Source: a virus
Lineage: Duplodnaviria > Caudoviricetes
IMG/VR virus record: IMGVR_UViG_3300024429_000008
Coordinates: 1-53,958 of that record
Direction: 5' to 3' (one strand)
DNA length: 53,958 nucleotides
In this document: one piece after another, positions 7,985 to 15,646 of the stretch
Position numbering within the stretch: position 1 is the stretch's first letter
Layout: every line of letters begins with the position of its first letter
Position numbers and translations under genes: made by a program
The notes under the pieces: model-generated
Told to the model about the DNA's origin: nothing
Seen by the model: the letters and a program-made list of their open reading frames with translations, nothing else
The model's database searches: none

Positions 7985-8536
7985 ATGTGGATCATGCAGC
8001 TCCAGTATAATCGGTGTCCTAACGATCCCAACTTGCCAGTAGTCTCCCATGTAGGAATGACCGGTGATGGCAAGGTTGTTGAGGTAGGGCTCGCTGAGAT
8101 AACTAGTGCCCTGTCTCTGTACAGTGCTGCGTGTGTGGTAACTCTGGCAGCAAGGAATGGTATAGTTCCAGATTTCGTTACCCGCGTTGCGATGGCACTA
8201 ACACTTCCAATGAAGGAGGACCCCCATGGATTGTGTCTCCCCACGAAAATACTCATGGAGGCGAGCCTGATCCTGCAAGGACAGAAAATCCTGATGGATG
8301 AAAGGGGTCTCTTGCATACTGATATGGGGAGGCAGGACGGAATAGACCTTTTGAAAGGGTGCTCTCCCCATGTAGAACAGCCACCGTGTTGCAGAGACAG
8401 GCAAAAGATGCTGGAGGCTCTGGAGGATTTGACTAACCAAATGGGGCCTACCTTCGAAGTCGTGGAAGCACATTGTGGTCTAATCGTAGCTGGTTGTTGG
8501 AAGACTGCCCGAACGATTGTCGAATCGGCGGAGTGA
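7985..8536 (+). CDS. Hypothetical protein, last gene of the Ubl operon
   Basis: 183-aa ORF; start may be 7994. Confidence 0.55.
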   Translation: MWIMQLQYNRCPNDPNLPVVSHVGMTGDGKVVEVGLAEITSALSLYSAACVVTLAARNGIVPDFVTRVAMALTLPMKEDPHGLCLPTKILMEASLILQGQKILMDERGLLHTDMGRQDGIDLLKGCSPHVEQPPCCRDRQKMLEALEDLTNQMGPTFEVVEAHCGLIVAGCWKTARTIVESAE

Positions 8537-8563
8537 CGAATCCCAATTTGAGGTCTGGGAGTG

Positions 8564-8585
8564 ATAGGCAAGCCCAATTTACGGT
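8564..8585 (+). repeat. 22-bp direct repeat, copy 2
   Basis: Identical to 3057..3078. Confidence 0.9.
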
Positions 8586-8649
8586 CCAGGGGTCATGGTC
8601 CGAAAGTAACAGCGGGGAGTAGTACCCACAAAAAAAAACTGGATTCCGT

Positions 8650-8678
8650 TTGACAATCCGGCGGCCGGAGGGTATGCT
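8650..8678 (+). promoter_or_regulatory. sigma70-type early promoter
   Basis: TTGACA-17 bp-TATGCT with an upstream A-tract. Confidence 0.75.
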
Positions 8679-8762
8679 TTGGTGTCGGCCGTGGTGGCAA
8701 GCCGACGACCGGATCGGGCGTGCGTCCGATAGGTAACTTGGCCACCGGTAGGATCAGAGATA

Positions 8763-9062
8763 ATGGCGAATAGGAATCCAGCGGTGGCAGCCCCTGCAGG
8801 GAGCCCTTATGGGGCGAGTAATTGCAGCGTTTCGATGGACGACGACGATATTGTCATCCGTATATGGGGTGGGCACACTCTTGGCAAGGCAGGTGAATGG
8901 AAAAAGCCGGAATTGGCCGACGATGATAAGGTCGGCAAGGTGAAGGCGGAAGCGTACCGGTCCGATCCTAAGAACATGAGGCGTAAGAACCTGATCGGTA
9001 CGACCGGTGGATTCTGCCGATTGGGCGAATTCAGTGTCAGTGTGAATGTCACCACGGACTAG
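8763..9062 (+). CDS. Hypothetical protein
   Basis: 99 aa; first ORF after the promoter; ends LIGTTGGF..SVNV. Confidence 0.65.
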   Translation: MANRNPAVAAPAGSPYGASNCSVSMDDDDIVIRIWGGHTLGKAGEWKKPELADDDKVGKVKAEAYRSDPKNMRRKNLIGTTGGFCRLGEFSVSVNVTTD

Positions 9063-9080
9063 GCCACCGGCGGGAATAGA

Positions 9081-9147
9081 AGCAGAGACAGGCAGGGGAG
9101 CGGCCTAAGACTATACCGGATCCGAACCGCCCCCCCCTGTTTCTGCT
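9081..9147 (+). repeat. Imperfect inverted repeat / RNA hairpin built on the 11-mer
   Basis: AGCAGAGACAGG (9081-9092) pairs with CCTGTTTCTGCT (9136-9147) with one G-U pair; inner GGGG-GCGG/CCGC-CCCC pairing. Confidence 0.7.
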
Positions 9148-9171
9148 CTCTCCCATGAGAGGTATCGAGAA

Positions 9172-9405
9172 ATGTCACTAACAGCGGATGGATTTGTGCG
9201 ATGCACTCTGGACGAAGCTGGAGCTGAAGGTGCCGCCGGATGCTTGACCTGCGGCTGGATTTACACGCCTCAAGGCGACGACGCCTTCTGGCGTACACCG
9301 CCGGAGGCACATGGAGGGCCATACCTATGCGACCGGTGTGGGAACGAAGACCTATATGGGTTGATAGGATTAATGTTCCAGGGCCTAGTTGAATGGACGG
9401 TATGA
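9172..9405 (+). CDS. Small zinc-ribbon protein
   Basis: CLTCG...CDRCG; RBS GAGG. Confidence 0.65.
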   Translation: MSLTADGFVRCTLDEAGAEGAAGCLTCGWIYTPQGDDAFWRTPPEAHGGPYLCDRCGNEDLYGLIGLMFQGLVEWTV

Positions 9406-9524
9406 TGATTGAGGCAATCCTTCAGGCGAGCGGCTGCGGGATTCTAGGGCTTATGATGGCAACCATTTTGACGCCTGGATTCTGTGGGGTATACCAGTGG
9501 TTGGAACGGCAGTTTGAGGATTGA
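9402..9524 (+). CDS. 40-aa hydrophobic microprotein
   Basis: MMIEAILQASGCGILGLMMATILTPGFCGVYQWLERQFED; ATGA overlap with the upstream gene; below the ORF-track cutoff. Confidence 0.45.
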   Translation: MMIEAILQASGCGILGLMMATILTPGFCGVYQWLERQFED

Positions 9525-9544
9525 GGAACTGGGAGGGTAAAGCT

Positions 9545-9754
9545 ATGGTGAAATACGTTATGCATCGCAAGGTGGATGGGGTGTTCTATGCTCGCAAAGG
9601 GGATGCTGGCCCATCCGGAGCTTACACAACGAGTCTCCTCAGTGAAGCTACAATCTATAACCACCTGAACCCGTGGGCTTCCAGCCCCATCGTAGCGGCC
9701 TGGGAAGCTATACCGGTTCGGGTCAAGGTGACCTACCTGGAGGATGAGAATTAG
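9545..9754 (+). CDS. Hypothetical protein
   Basis: ATG at 9545 after GGGAGG. Confidence 0.55.
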   Translation: MVKYVMHRKVDGVFYARKGDAGPSGAYTTSLLSEATIYNHLNPWASSPIVAAWEAIPVRVKVTYLEDEN

Positions 9755-9788
9755 AGAACCCGGACGCAAAGATTTTTGATTTTTGCTC

Positions 9789-9817
9789 TGGACAAGTGGC
9801 CCGGTGGTTGGTATAGT
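9789..9817 (+). promoter_or_regulatory. sigma70-type promoter
   Basis: TGGACA-17 bp-TATAGT with extended -10 TG and upstream T-tracts. Confidence 0.6.
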
Positions 9818-9855
9818 TTGGACAGAGCCGTACAGTCGGCTACGGGAGTGAGACA

Positions 9856-9978
9856 ATGGACGCAGTCTTTGGAACCTTGGCGGGACTGGTATACGGATTG
9901 ATGGGGTTTGCGACGTTGCCATTGATGATCTGTGGTATAGTTGCTCTCATAGCACCCTACGGATGGGGAAGCAAGTGA
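9856..9978 (+). CDS. 40-aa membrane microprotein
   Basis: MDAVFGTLAGLVYGLMGFATLPLMICGIVALIAPYGWGSK; RBS GGGAG; directly after the promoter. Confidence 0.55.
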   Translation: MDAVFGTLAGLVYGLMGFATLPLMICGIVALIAPYGWGSK

Positions 9979-10061
9979 CGGACACGCTCGGCTGGCTCGT
10001 GTGGATAGGGATTATATGGGTGGGTTTCCGTATAATCAGTCGCACTGTGCATGATGAATAA
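9975..10061 (+). CDS. 28-aa membrane microprotein
   Basis: MTDTLGWLVWIGIIWVGFRIISRTVHDE; GTGA overlap with the upstream gene. Confidence 0.45.
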   Translation: MTDTLGWLVWIGIIWVGFRIISRTVHDE

Positions 10062-10071
10062 GGGGCTTAAC

Positions 10072-10371
10072 ATGAAGCAGAACTCATATGGTGATTCACC
10101 GGATGGAATGATGGTAGCGATGATAGATACGATAGTCAAGCACCAGCCTATCGAGGACGTGATTGAAGCCCTAGCTGATTCTCTCGTGGAAGCATCTCGG
10201 CGAAGTGTCCGCTGCCTCCCGGGCGACCGGTGGGAGTCTTTATTGGACCTCGTTGATCGGCTGCGGGCCGTGGAGATACCGCCGAATTTAAAGGGCGACT
10301 ACCTATTTACGAAGGGGGTGACGGATGGAAGTGAACCTGAAAAAACCAGCCCCACCAGTACACTGGTTTAG
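10072..10371 (+). CDS. Hypothetical protein
   Basis: ATG at 10072 after AAGGGG. Confidence 0.5.
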   Translation: MKQNSYGDSPDGMMVAMIDTIVKHQPIEDVIEALADSLVEASRRSVRCLPGDRWESLLDLVDRLRAVEIPPNLKGDYLFTKGVTDGSEPEKTSPTSTLV

Positions 10372-10588
10372 ATTTGCACTACTGGGAGTGGGGATAGGGC
10401 TGCTGATCGTGTGTGCGTGGGTAGGGTGGACCAGACAACTACCATGGGCAGAGACAGGCAAGGTCGCACCAGCAGTGTATACGTCGCACGTGCACCATTA
10501 TGAGGCTGGGCTGTCGGTGGCTGAGCGGGCACGGGTCGAGAGGGTGGAAAGGCTGGCGGAGAAGTACAGCATGTTTAAGGACGACTGA
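10325..10588 (+). CDS. Single-pass membrane protein
   Basis: Hydrophobic helix FALLGVGIGLLIVCAWVGW. Confidence 0.55.
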   Translation: MEVNLKKPAPPVHWFRFALLGVGIGLLIVCAWVGWTRQLPWAETGKVAPAVYTSHVHHYEAGLSVAERARVERVERLAEKYSMFKDD

Positions 10589-10590
10589 CT

Positions 10591-11145
10591 ATGAAGGACG
10601 TTGTTGTTGAGGTTAGGGGGGGTTTGATTGTTGAGGTCTACTGCGACCAGTCTGATGTCCGTATTATCGTCATTGACTGGGATAACATAGACGATTCTCC
10701 GAGCAGGCTCGTCGGCTTCTGTTGGGAGCCTCGGGAGCAGCTTGGATTGCTACCTGATGACACGCGTGCCCAATATGAGCATGTCATCACCGGAGTGGTT
10801 GAGGATGCTATCACCGATGTGGTTGAGGGTGGCGACTCGAGGGAAACGGAGCGGATTGTGGCGTTAGGGGTGTGCTACAGCGATGGTACATGGGATCGTA
10901 AATGGACTGCGGCTATCCCGGAGGACACGCCAGACGACCGAGTCGCGAAGGTAGCCGATGACAACTTCCGGCGGGAATGGGAAAGTGAGGGACGCGATCC
11001 CGATGAGGTTATCGAAGTCTGGTTGTGGAATTATGCAGACCGTTACTATGGCAAGGTAGCGGAGGAGACGGCTCCGCGATGTACGTATTGTGGACGTGCG
11101 GACGATGTGGTTGACGACGACGACTGTGTGATTGACGGGGCGTAG
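10591..11145 (+). CDS. Hypothetical acidic protein
   Basis: N-terminus VVVEVRGGLIVEVY..VIDWDN resembles a common small phage domain; C-terminal CxxC. Confidence 0.6.
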   Translation: MKDVVVEVRGGLIVEVYCDQSDVRIIVIDWDNIDDSPSRLVGFCWEPREQLGLLPDDTRAQYEHVITGVVEDAITDVVEGGDSRETERIVALGVCYSDGTWDRKWTAAIPEDTPDDRVAKVADDNFRREWESEGRDPDEVIEVWLWNYADRYYGKVAEETAPRCTYCGRADDVVDDDDCVIDGA

Positions 11146-11631
11146 CGGAGGGGGGATAGTATGTGGATAGTAGGGGGGTGGATAGTGGTTGTAGTGTGTC
11201 TGGTCACCCAATGGTGGTGGCCGGGTGCCCATGCGACGCGGTGGCGTTGTGTGATGTTGGCACTGGTGGTATTGATGGGGCTCGGGTGGCACGGCTGTTT
11301 CCAATCTGTCTAATCTGTTTAACTTACCTGATCCGTACAACTTGACCAGTCAGCACAGTTAGTACAATCGGTACAACCAGTGCAGGCAGGCAAGCTGCCA
11401 TTTTGGCAGTGTCTGTTTCTGCTAGTTGAGACTGAGTCTCATTATCAATTAGGTGGTGGCCAGGGGTCCTGGAGGAATGATGCCTGAAAGCATCATTGGG
11501 CCCTGGGGATGATGCAAAATAACCACACACCCCTACAATCGTTACATCTTACCCACCTTAACACCCCAAATCATGCAGAGACAGGCGAATTTGCCTAGGC
11601 GTAGCTGAATATGTGCCCTAACGCCACCCAA

Positions 11632-11669
11632 CATGGGCAATACTACCCACCATGGGCAATACTACCCAC
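11632..11669 (+). repeat. Perfect 19-bp tandem repeat (CATGGGCAATACTACCCAC x2)
   Basis: 11632-11650 and 11651-11669, in the largest non-coding region. Confidence 0.9.
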
Positions 11670-11769
11670 ATAAGTGTGTCTTTAGGCTGCCCCCCCGTCG
11701 GCCCCTGGAGTAAAGTGGTGGTGAGGTTAATAGAACCTCCCATCTTTAACCAACTTTTCACGAAATTCC

Positions 11770-11812
11770 TTGACTTATCCCCCCAGAAGTGCTATACTTT
11801 CGCAGAGACAGG
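11770..11812 (+). promoter_or_regulatory. sigma70-type promoter with the 11-mer over the transcription start
   Basis: TTGACT-17 bp-TATACT with extended -10 TG; GCAGAGACAGG at 11802-11812. Confidence 0.8.
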
Positions 11813-11833
11813 TTTTTAGGAGTACCAAGAACC

Positions 11834-12073
11834 ATGGATGAACTCAAATACACAATCACCCGAATCACCGCCTGGTTCACCCAGGTCCGCGTCATCACCC
11901 TAGCCATCCTGGCCGCCCTCGTCGTCTTCATCGCCTCCGTCATCACCACCCTCGAAGACCTGGGCCCCGAGAAAAAGGTTGAAACCCCTTCCGCCGTCGT
12001 CGATGAACCCGCCACCACCACCGATGTCCTCGATTGGGTCAAGAAAGAAGTGGAGAACACCCTCGATGAGTAA
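11834..12073 (+). CDS. Single-pass membrane protein
   Basis: ATG at 11834 after AGGAG; TM helix VITLAILAALVVFIASVI. Confidence 0.65.
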   Translation: MDELKYTITRITAWFTQVRVITLAILAALVVFIASVITTLEDLGPEKKVETPSAVVDEPATTTDVLDWVKKEVENTLDE

Positions 12074-12314
12074 GATGAGCTGGCCGGAAATCCCAGAAGG
12101 CATTATTGGTATCACCCTCGCAATCGCTTTCATCCTCTTCATCACTTTAACCCAGGGCTGTACCAGTACCCTCAAAGCAGGGGATCAAGAATTCCATTTC
12201 GAGATACAAGTCCCCGTCGCCGAACGAATGATCGAAGGCACTACCCCCCAATACTGGACCGAGTGGATCAAGGACACCACGAAAAAGGTTGAGACTGATG
12301 AAAGCAAGAATTGA
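12066..12314 (+). CDS. Putative lipoprotein
   Basis: Hydrophobic signal IIGITLAIAFILFITL followed by lipobox-like LTQG-C. Confidence 0.6.
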   Translation: MSKMSWPEIPEGIIGITLAIAFILFITLTQGCTSTLKAGDQEFHFEIQVPVAERMIEGTTPQYWTEWIKDTTKKVETDESKN

Positions 12315-12498
12315 ATCCCCGGCTCGGCAGGCAAGCTGCCTCGCCCTAAAGCCTGTCTCTGCTAAATGGGGTAATGGAACGGAGAAATAGGGTAAGATGA
12401 TGTGGTTGAATACCTGGATAACGACATGGACACGGTACTGGACCTGGAGGTGGTTATCGGATCTACCCAAAGTGGAACTTACACGGAGAGATGATTAG

Positions 12499-12693
12499 AT
12501 GCCCTCTACACAAACAGACACCCAGAAGGCCAAGGCTCAACAGACCGGCCTGACCCTTCTCGCTCAACAGTTCGCCATCGGAGTGATGGCCCGACACAAG
12601 AAGGCAGAGACAGACAAGGCTGTTCAGGCCAAGACCCTTGCCCAGGCTGGAACTGGGGCACCCTACAGCGGTAAACCACCGCATGGAGAATAA
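12499..12693 (+). CDS. Hypothetical protein
   Basis: RBS GGAG; 64 aa; co-oriented with neighbours. Confidence 0.5.
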   Translation: MPSTQTDTQKAKAQQTGLTLLAQQFAIGVMARHKKAETDKAVQAKTLAQAGTGAPYSGKPPHGE

Positions 12694-12695
12694 CA

Positions 12696-12986
12696 ATGCC
12701 TATAGGAATGGGATTAGCTGCCATGACTGGGGCCGCTGGTGGAGGTGCTGCGGCTGGCGGAGCAATGAGCCCCTTCGCACTTGGGGCAGCCGGAGCAGGA
12801 CTTAAATTGGGTGGCTCCTTGGTCTCCTCCAATGAACAGAAGAAGCAATCAGAGCGGACAGAGGAACGCCCAAAACGTCGACGACTGAAGAAGTTTCAGG
12901 AGTCTCTCCAAATGAACTTCGACAGAAACCAGGCCATGCTAGCTGCTCTAGCCCAATCCCACCTGGATTATGCAGGGATGTTTTAA
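12696..12986 (+). CDS. Hypothetical protein, Gly/Ala-rich N-terminus (internal-virion-protein-like)
   Basis: GAAGGGAAAGGA stretch followed by a helical basic segment. Confidence 0.55.
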   Translation: MPIGMGLAAMTGAAGGGAAAGGAMSPFALGAAGAGLKLGGSLVSSNEQKKQSERTEERPKRRRLKKFQESLQMNFDRNQAMLAALAQSHLDYAGMF

Positions 12987-13225
12987 TGGTTAAATTCTTC
13001 CCATATTCAACAATGTTTAAGTTGCCCCTCGTAACTAAGGACAAGCTGGAGCACGGGGACACCCAGAATAAACCCATGGTCATATGTGTAGAGTGCAACG
13101 CTGAGTTTTTCTTATCTGACCTACTGGGAGGTGAGCTGGAAGAAGATACATGCCCTCGGTGCAAAGTCCCGGCCTCCCACTATTGGAGTAATCGACCACA
13201 TCAAAAATTCTTAAAAAGAGATTGA
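12986..13225 (+). CDS. Zinc-ribbon protein
   Basis: CVEC...CPRC. Confidence 0.55.
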   Translation: MVKFFPYSTMFKLPLVTKDKLEHGDTQNKPMVICVECNAEFFLSDLLGGELEEDTCPRCKVPASHYWSNRPHQKFLKRD

Positions 13226-13250
13226 CATTCCTCTTCCATGCGACTACCAT
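13222..13250 (+). promoter_or_regulatory. sigma70-type promoter
   Basis: TTGACA-17 bp-TACCAT. Confidence 0.6.
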
Positions 13251-13309
13251 TGGTATAGCTCGGGAGGCAAGCCCCCTCGCCCTGTCTCTGCAACCGTAGG
13301 AGAAAATAT

Positions 13310-13705
13310 ATGACAAAAAAGTTAGCAAGAAAGTTAGAGTGGCTCAAGGCAACAAAGCGTAACCTTGTAGGACAGTTCGGGTGCAGCCAATGTGCAACTG
13401 GACAAATCGAAGAGGGGTTTGAACGGTACTGGGTATTGGACCCCAAACCCTATGATCCACAGAGGTATACCTTCTACCACGATATAGCTGGGAGAGGATC
13501 AATCTCCCAGGAGGTTCTGAAGGCCAGTCTATCTCTGGAGCAACTCAAGGATCTGGTCAGTGAATCCCTCATCATCTGCAGGGGGTGTCACTTACGCTGG
13601 GCCAGAGGACAGGAACAGAAGAACCAGAGACAGGCTGGGCTTGTCAGGATGCCCGAGAAGGGGCCTAGGAGCCCCGTGGTGGACCTGGCGGAGTCGAAAG
13701 GATGA
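13310..13705 (+). CDS. Degenerate HNH-like zinc-binding protein
   Basis: GCSQC...FYHD...IICRGCH; same layout as the HNH at 21397. Confidence 0.55.
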   Translation: MTKKLARKLEWLKATKRNLVGQFGCSQCATGQIEEGFERYWVLDPKPYDPQRYTFYHDIAGRGSISQEVLKASLSLEQLKDLVSESLIICRGCHLRWARGQEQKNQRQAGLVRMPEKGPRSPVVDLAESKG

Positions 13706-13735
13706 TATGCCCTGTCTCTGCCTAAAGGAGCTGAT

Positions 13736-15151
13736 ATGGCGAAGGACAAAGAAGATGCTCGTGAACTCTTACTGAAGGTAGTAAGGCAGACCTGGGGAAG
13801 AGGATTCTACCATCTCCGCTACTGGAGGGGAGACTTCTGGGAGTGGGAATCGAGTGAGTGGGAAGGAAAGGGGACTGCCTACCATCGCATTACGGAGGTA
13901 GAAGTAGGAGGGTGCTTCCAGAAGGCTTTGGTAAAGTTGGGTTACCTTATCACGTCACCTCATCAGGTAGGGGATCTCATAAAGATCGCCCAGCGGGAGT
14001 TTCTCATCCCAGATAGTAAGGACATGCCCGTGATGATAGAGGAACACGATCAATACAAACCCTACCCGGGGTTTGTGGCCTTCCACGACGGCATTATGAA
14101 TACGAGTTTCCTAGGGAGGGTCGTAGAAGGGAGTAACATGCAGGACCACACCCCATTGTGGTTCTCGGATCAGTGCCTGGATTTCTCTTATAGTTCCAAG
14201 GCGACCTACCCCAAGTGGGACAAGTTCTTGGAGGAAGTGTTGCCGGACCCGGAGTTGCAGAAGCTCCTCCAGATGTGGTTCGGGTATACGCTGTTCCATG
14301 ATACATCCCAGCAGAAGTTCCTCCTGGTAGTGGGGCCTGCTGCTACGGGGAAGTCCGTCATGGCCAAGATCATGGGGAAGTTGGCTGGACCCGGCGGGGT
14401 CTCTGCAATCCCCCTTAAGGATTTCGGGAAGCCCTTTTCTCTATACCAGACCTTGGGGAGGAAGATCAACATTGATCCAGATATGTCTGAGCTGGATAAA
14501 GTTGATGAGGGCATTCTGAGGTCCTACGTAGGAGGGGACCTGATGAAGGTGGAGAGGAAGTACAAAGATCCTATAATGGTCTACCCCTCAGCCCGGCTGG
14601 TGTTCTGTACGAATGACCTGCCCCATATTGCAGATAGATCAAATGCGACGTGGCGGAGGATGATCCTACTCCCCTTCGACCAGGTAGTCCCAGTAGAGAA
14701 GAGGAATCCTCACCTGGTAGAAGAACTAAGTAAGGAACTATCTGGGATCTGGAATTGGGCTTGGGAAGGTCTCCAAGAGTTGCAGAGACAGGGCAGGTTC
14801 CTGGAGCCTAAGAGGATGCAGGAGGCTATCGCGGAGTACAAGACCGAGGTGAGCCCCGTCAGACAGTGGCTAGAGGAGAAATGTAAAGTAGGGGCGGATC
14901 ATTGGATCCGATGTACTCAGGCGTATGCTTTATTCGTGAGCTATATTTCAGCCCGTGGTTATAAGACCCCATCCCAGAAGTCATTCGGTCGGTCACTGGC
15001 CGCCGCCGTGGGGGAAACGATGACCCGGGAGGGAACGGTTATCCGCAAGCAGCGAAGGATCGGCGGGCTGGTGAAGTGGTACTACCACGGGTTGTATGTC
15101 GAACCGGAGGACCCACAAGACATAATCGTTAAGGTAACCGAAAACCGTTAG
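13736..15151 (+). CDS. D5/P4-type SF3 helicase (primase-helicase C-terminal domains only)
   Basis: D5_N-like region (AFHDG, HTP..F, PKWDKFL), Walker A GPAATGKS, VERKYK, CTNDLP, WRRMILLPF, C-terminal winged-helix. Confidence 0.88.
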   Translation: MAKDKEDARELLLKVVRQTWGRGFYHLRYWRGDFWEWESSEWEGKGTAYHRITEVEVGGCFQKALVKLGYLITSPHQVGDLIKIAQREFLIPDSKDMPVMIEEHDQYKPYPGFVAFHDGIMNTSFLGRVVEGSNMQDHTPLWFSDQCLDFSYSSKATYPKWDKFLEEVLPDPELQKLLQMWFGYTLFHDTSQQKFLLVVGPAATGKSVMAKIMGKLAGPGGVSAIPLKDFGKPFSLYQTLGRKINIDPDMSELDKVDEGILRSYVGGDLMKVERKYKDPIMVYPSARLVFCTNDLPHIADRSNATWRRMILLPFDQVVPVEKRNPHLVEELSKELSGIWNWAWEGLQELQRQGRFLEPKRMQEAIAEYKTEVSPVRQWLEEKCKVGADHWIRCTQAYALFVSYISARGYKTPSQKSFGRSLAAAVGETMTREGTVIRKQRRIGGLVKWYYHGLYVEPEDPQDIIVKVTENR

Positions 15152-15238
15152 TTCTCTATTGTTTTGAGAAAAAAATAGTATATATATATAGAGTTTAAGA
15201 CCCCTATCGGTGACCCCGAACGGTGACCCGGAGATGAA

Positions 15239-15646
15239 ATGCCGAACAAAAAACGGTTCAAGATCGGAGCCGCGGCGTCCTTCATTCAGGTGGGAGAGAT
15301 TGCCCGATTGCTCGGGACCGAGGAGAAGCACACGACGGCCCTGTGTGGATTTCTTGGGGTCCCAGTACTCTCCTTCCGGGGACAAGAAGGACACTACGTC
15401 CTGGTCTACTCCTTGGAAAAGGAACTCTTCCGGTTGGGGTTACCTGTTATGGAGAGAGAGGATCCCTTACTGGTGCAGGCTCACTTGGAGTTGGCTTCGC
15501 TCATGTATGGGGTTCTTACGAAGGAGGCCCTAAAGGAAAGAGTGGCTTTATTGGCAAAAACCTTGACTTCTACTGTGAAGAAGACTAAAATACAGAGGAA
15601 ACCATCGGCCTGGAAGAGGTGGAGTGGGAGGAAACCTAGTGGGTAA
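15239..15646 (+). CDS. Hypothetical protein, possibly DNA-binding
   Basis: VGEIARLLG resembles an HTH; basic C-terminus. Confidence 0.55.
   Translation: MPNKKRFKIGAAASFIQVGEIARLLGTEEKHTTALCGFLGVPVLSFRGQEGHYVLVYSLEKELFRLGLPVMEREDPLLVQAHLELASLMYGVLTKEALKERVALLAKTLTSTVKKTKIQRKPSAWKRWSGRKPSG
15563..15591 (+). promoter_or_regulatory. Gene-internal sigma70-type promoter upstream of packaging genes
   Basis: TTGACT-17 bp-TAAAAT. Confidence 0.55.

Noticed and set aside
7828-8577. Long antisense ORFs (e.g. 7828..8577 -, 22748..23407 -, 47345..48004 +, 39501..40103 -)
   Set aside because: They are shadows of well-supported genes on the opposite strand, with no RBS or recognisable motifs.
8681-8760. 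tRNA or known ncRNA in the GC-rich leader
   Set aside because: Hairpins are present but there is no cloverleaf, T-loop consensus or CCA end.
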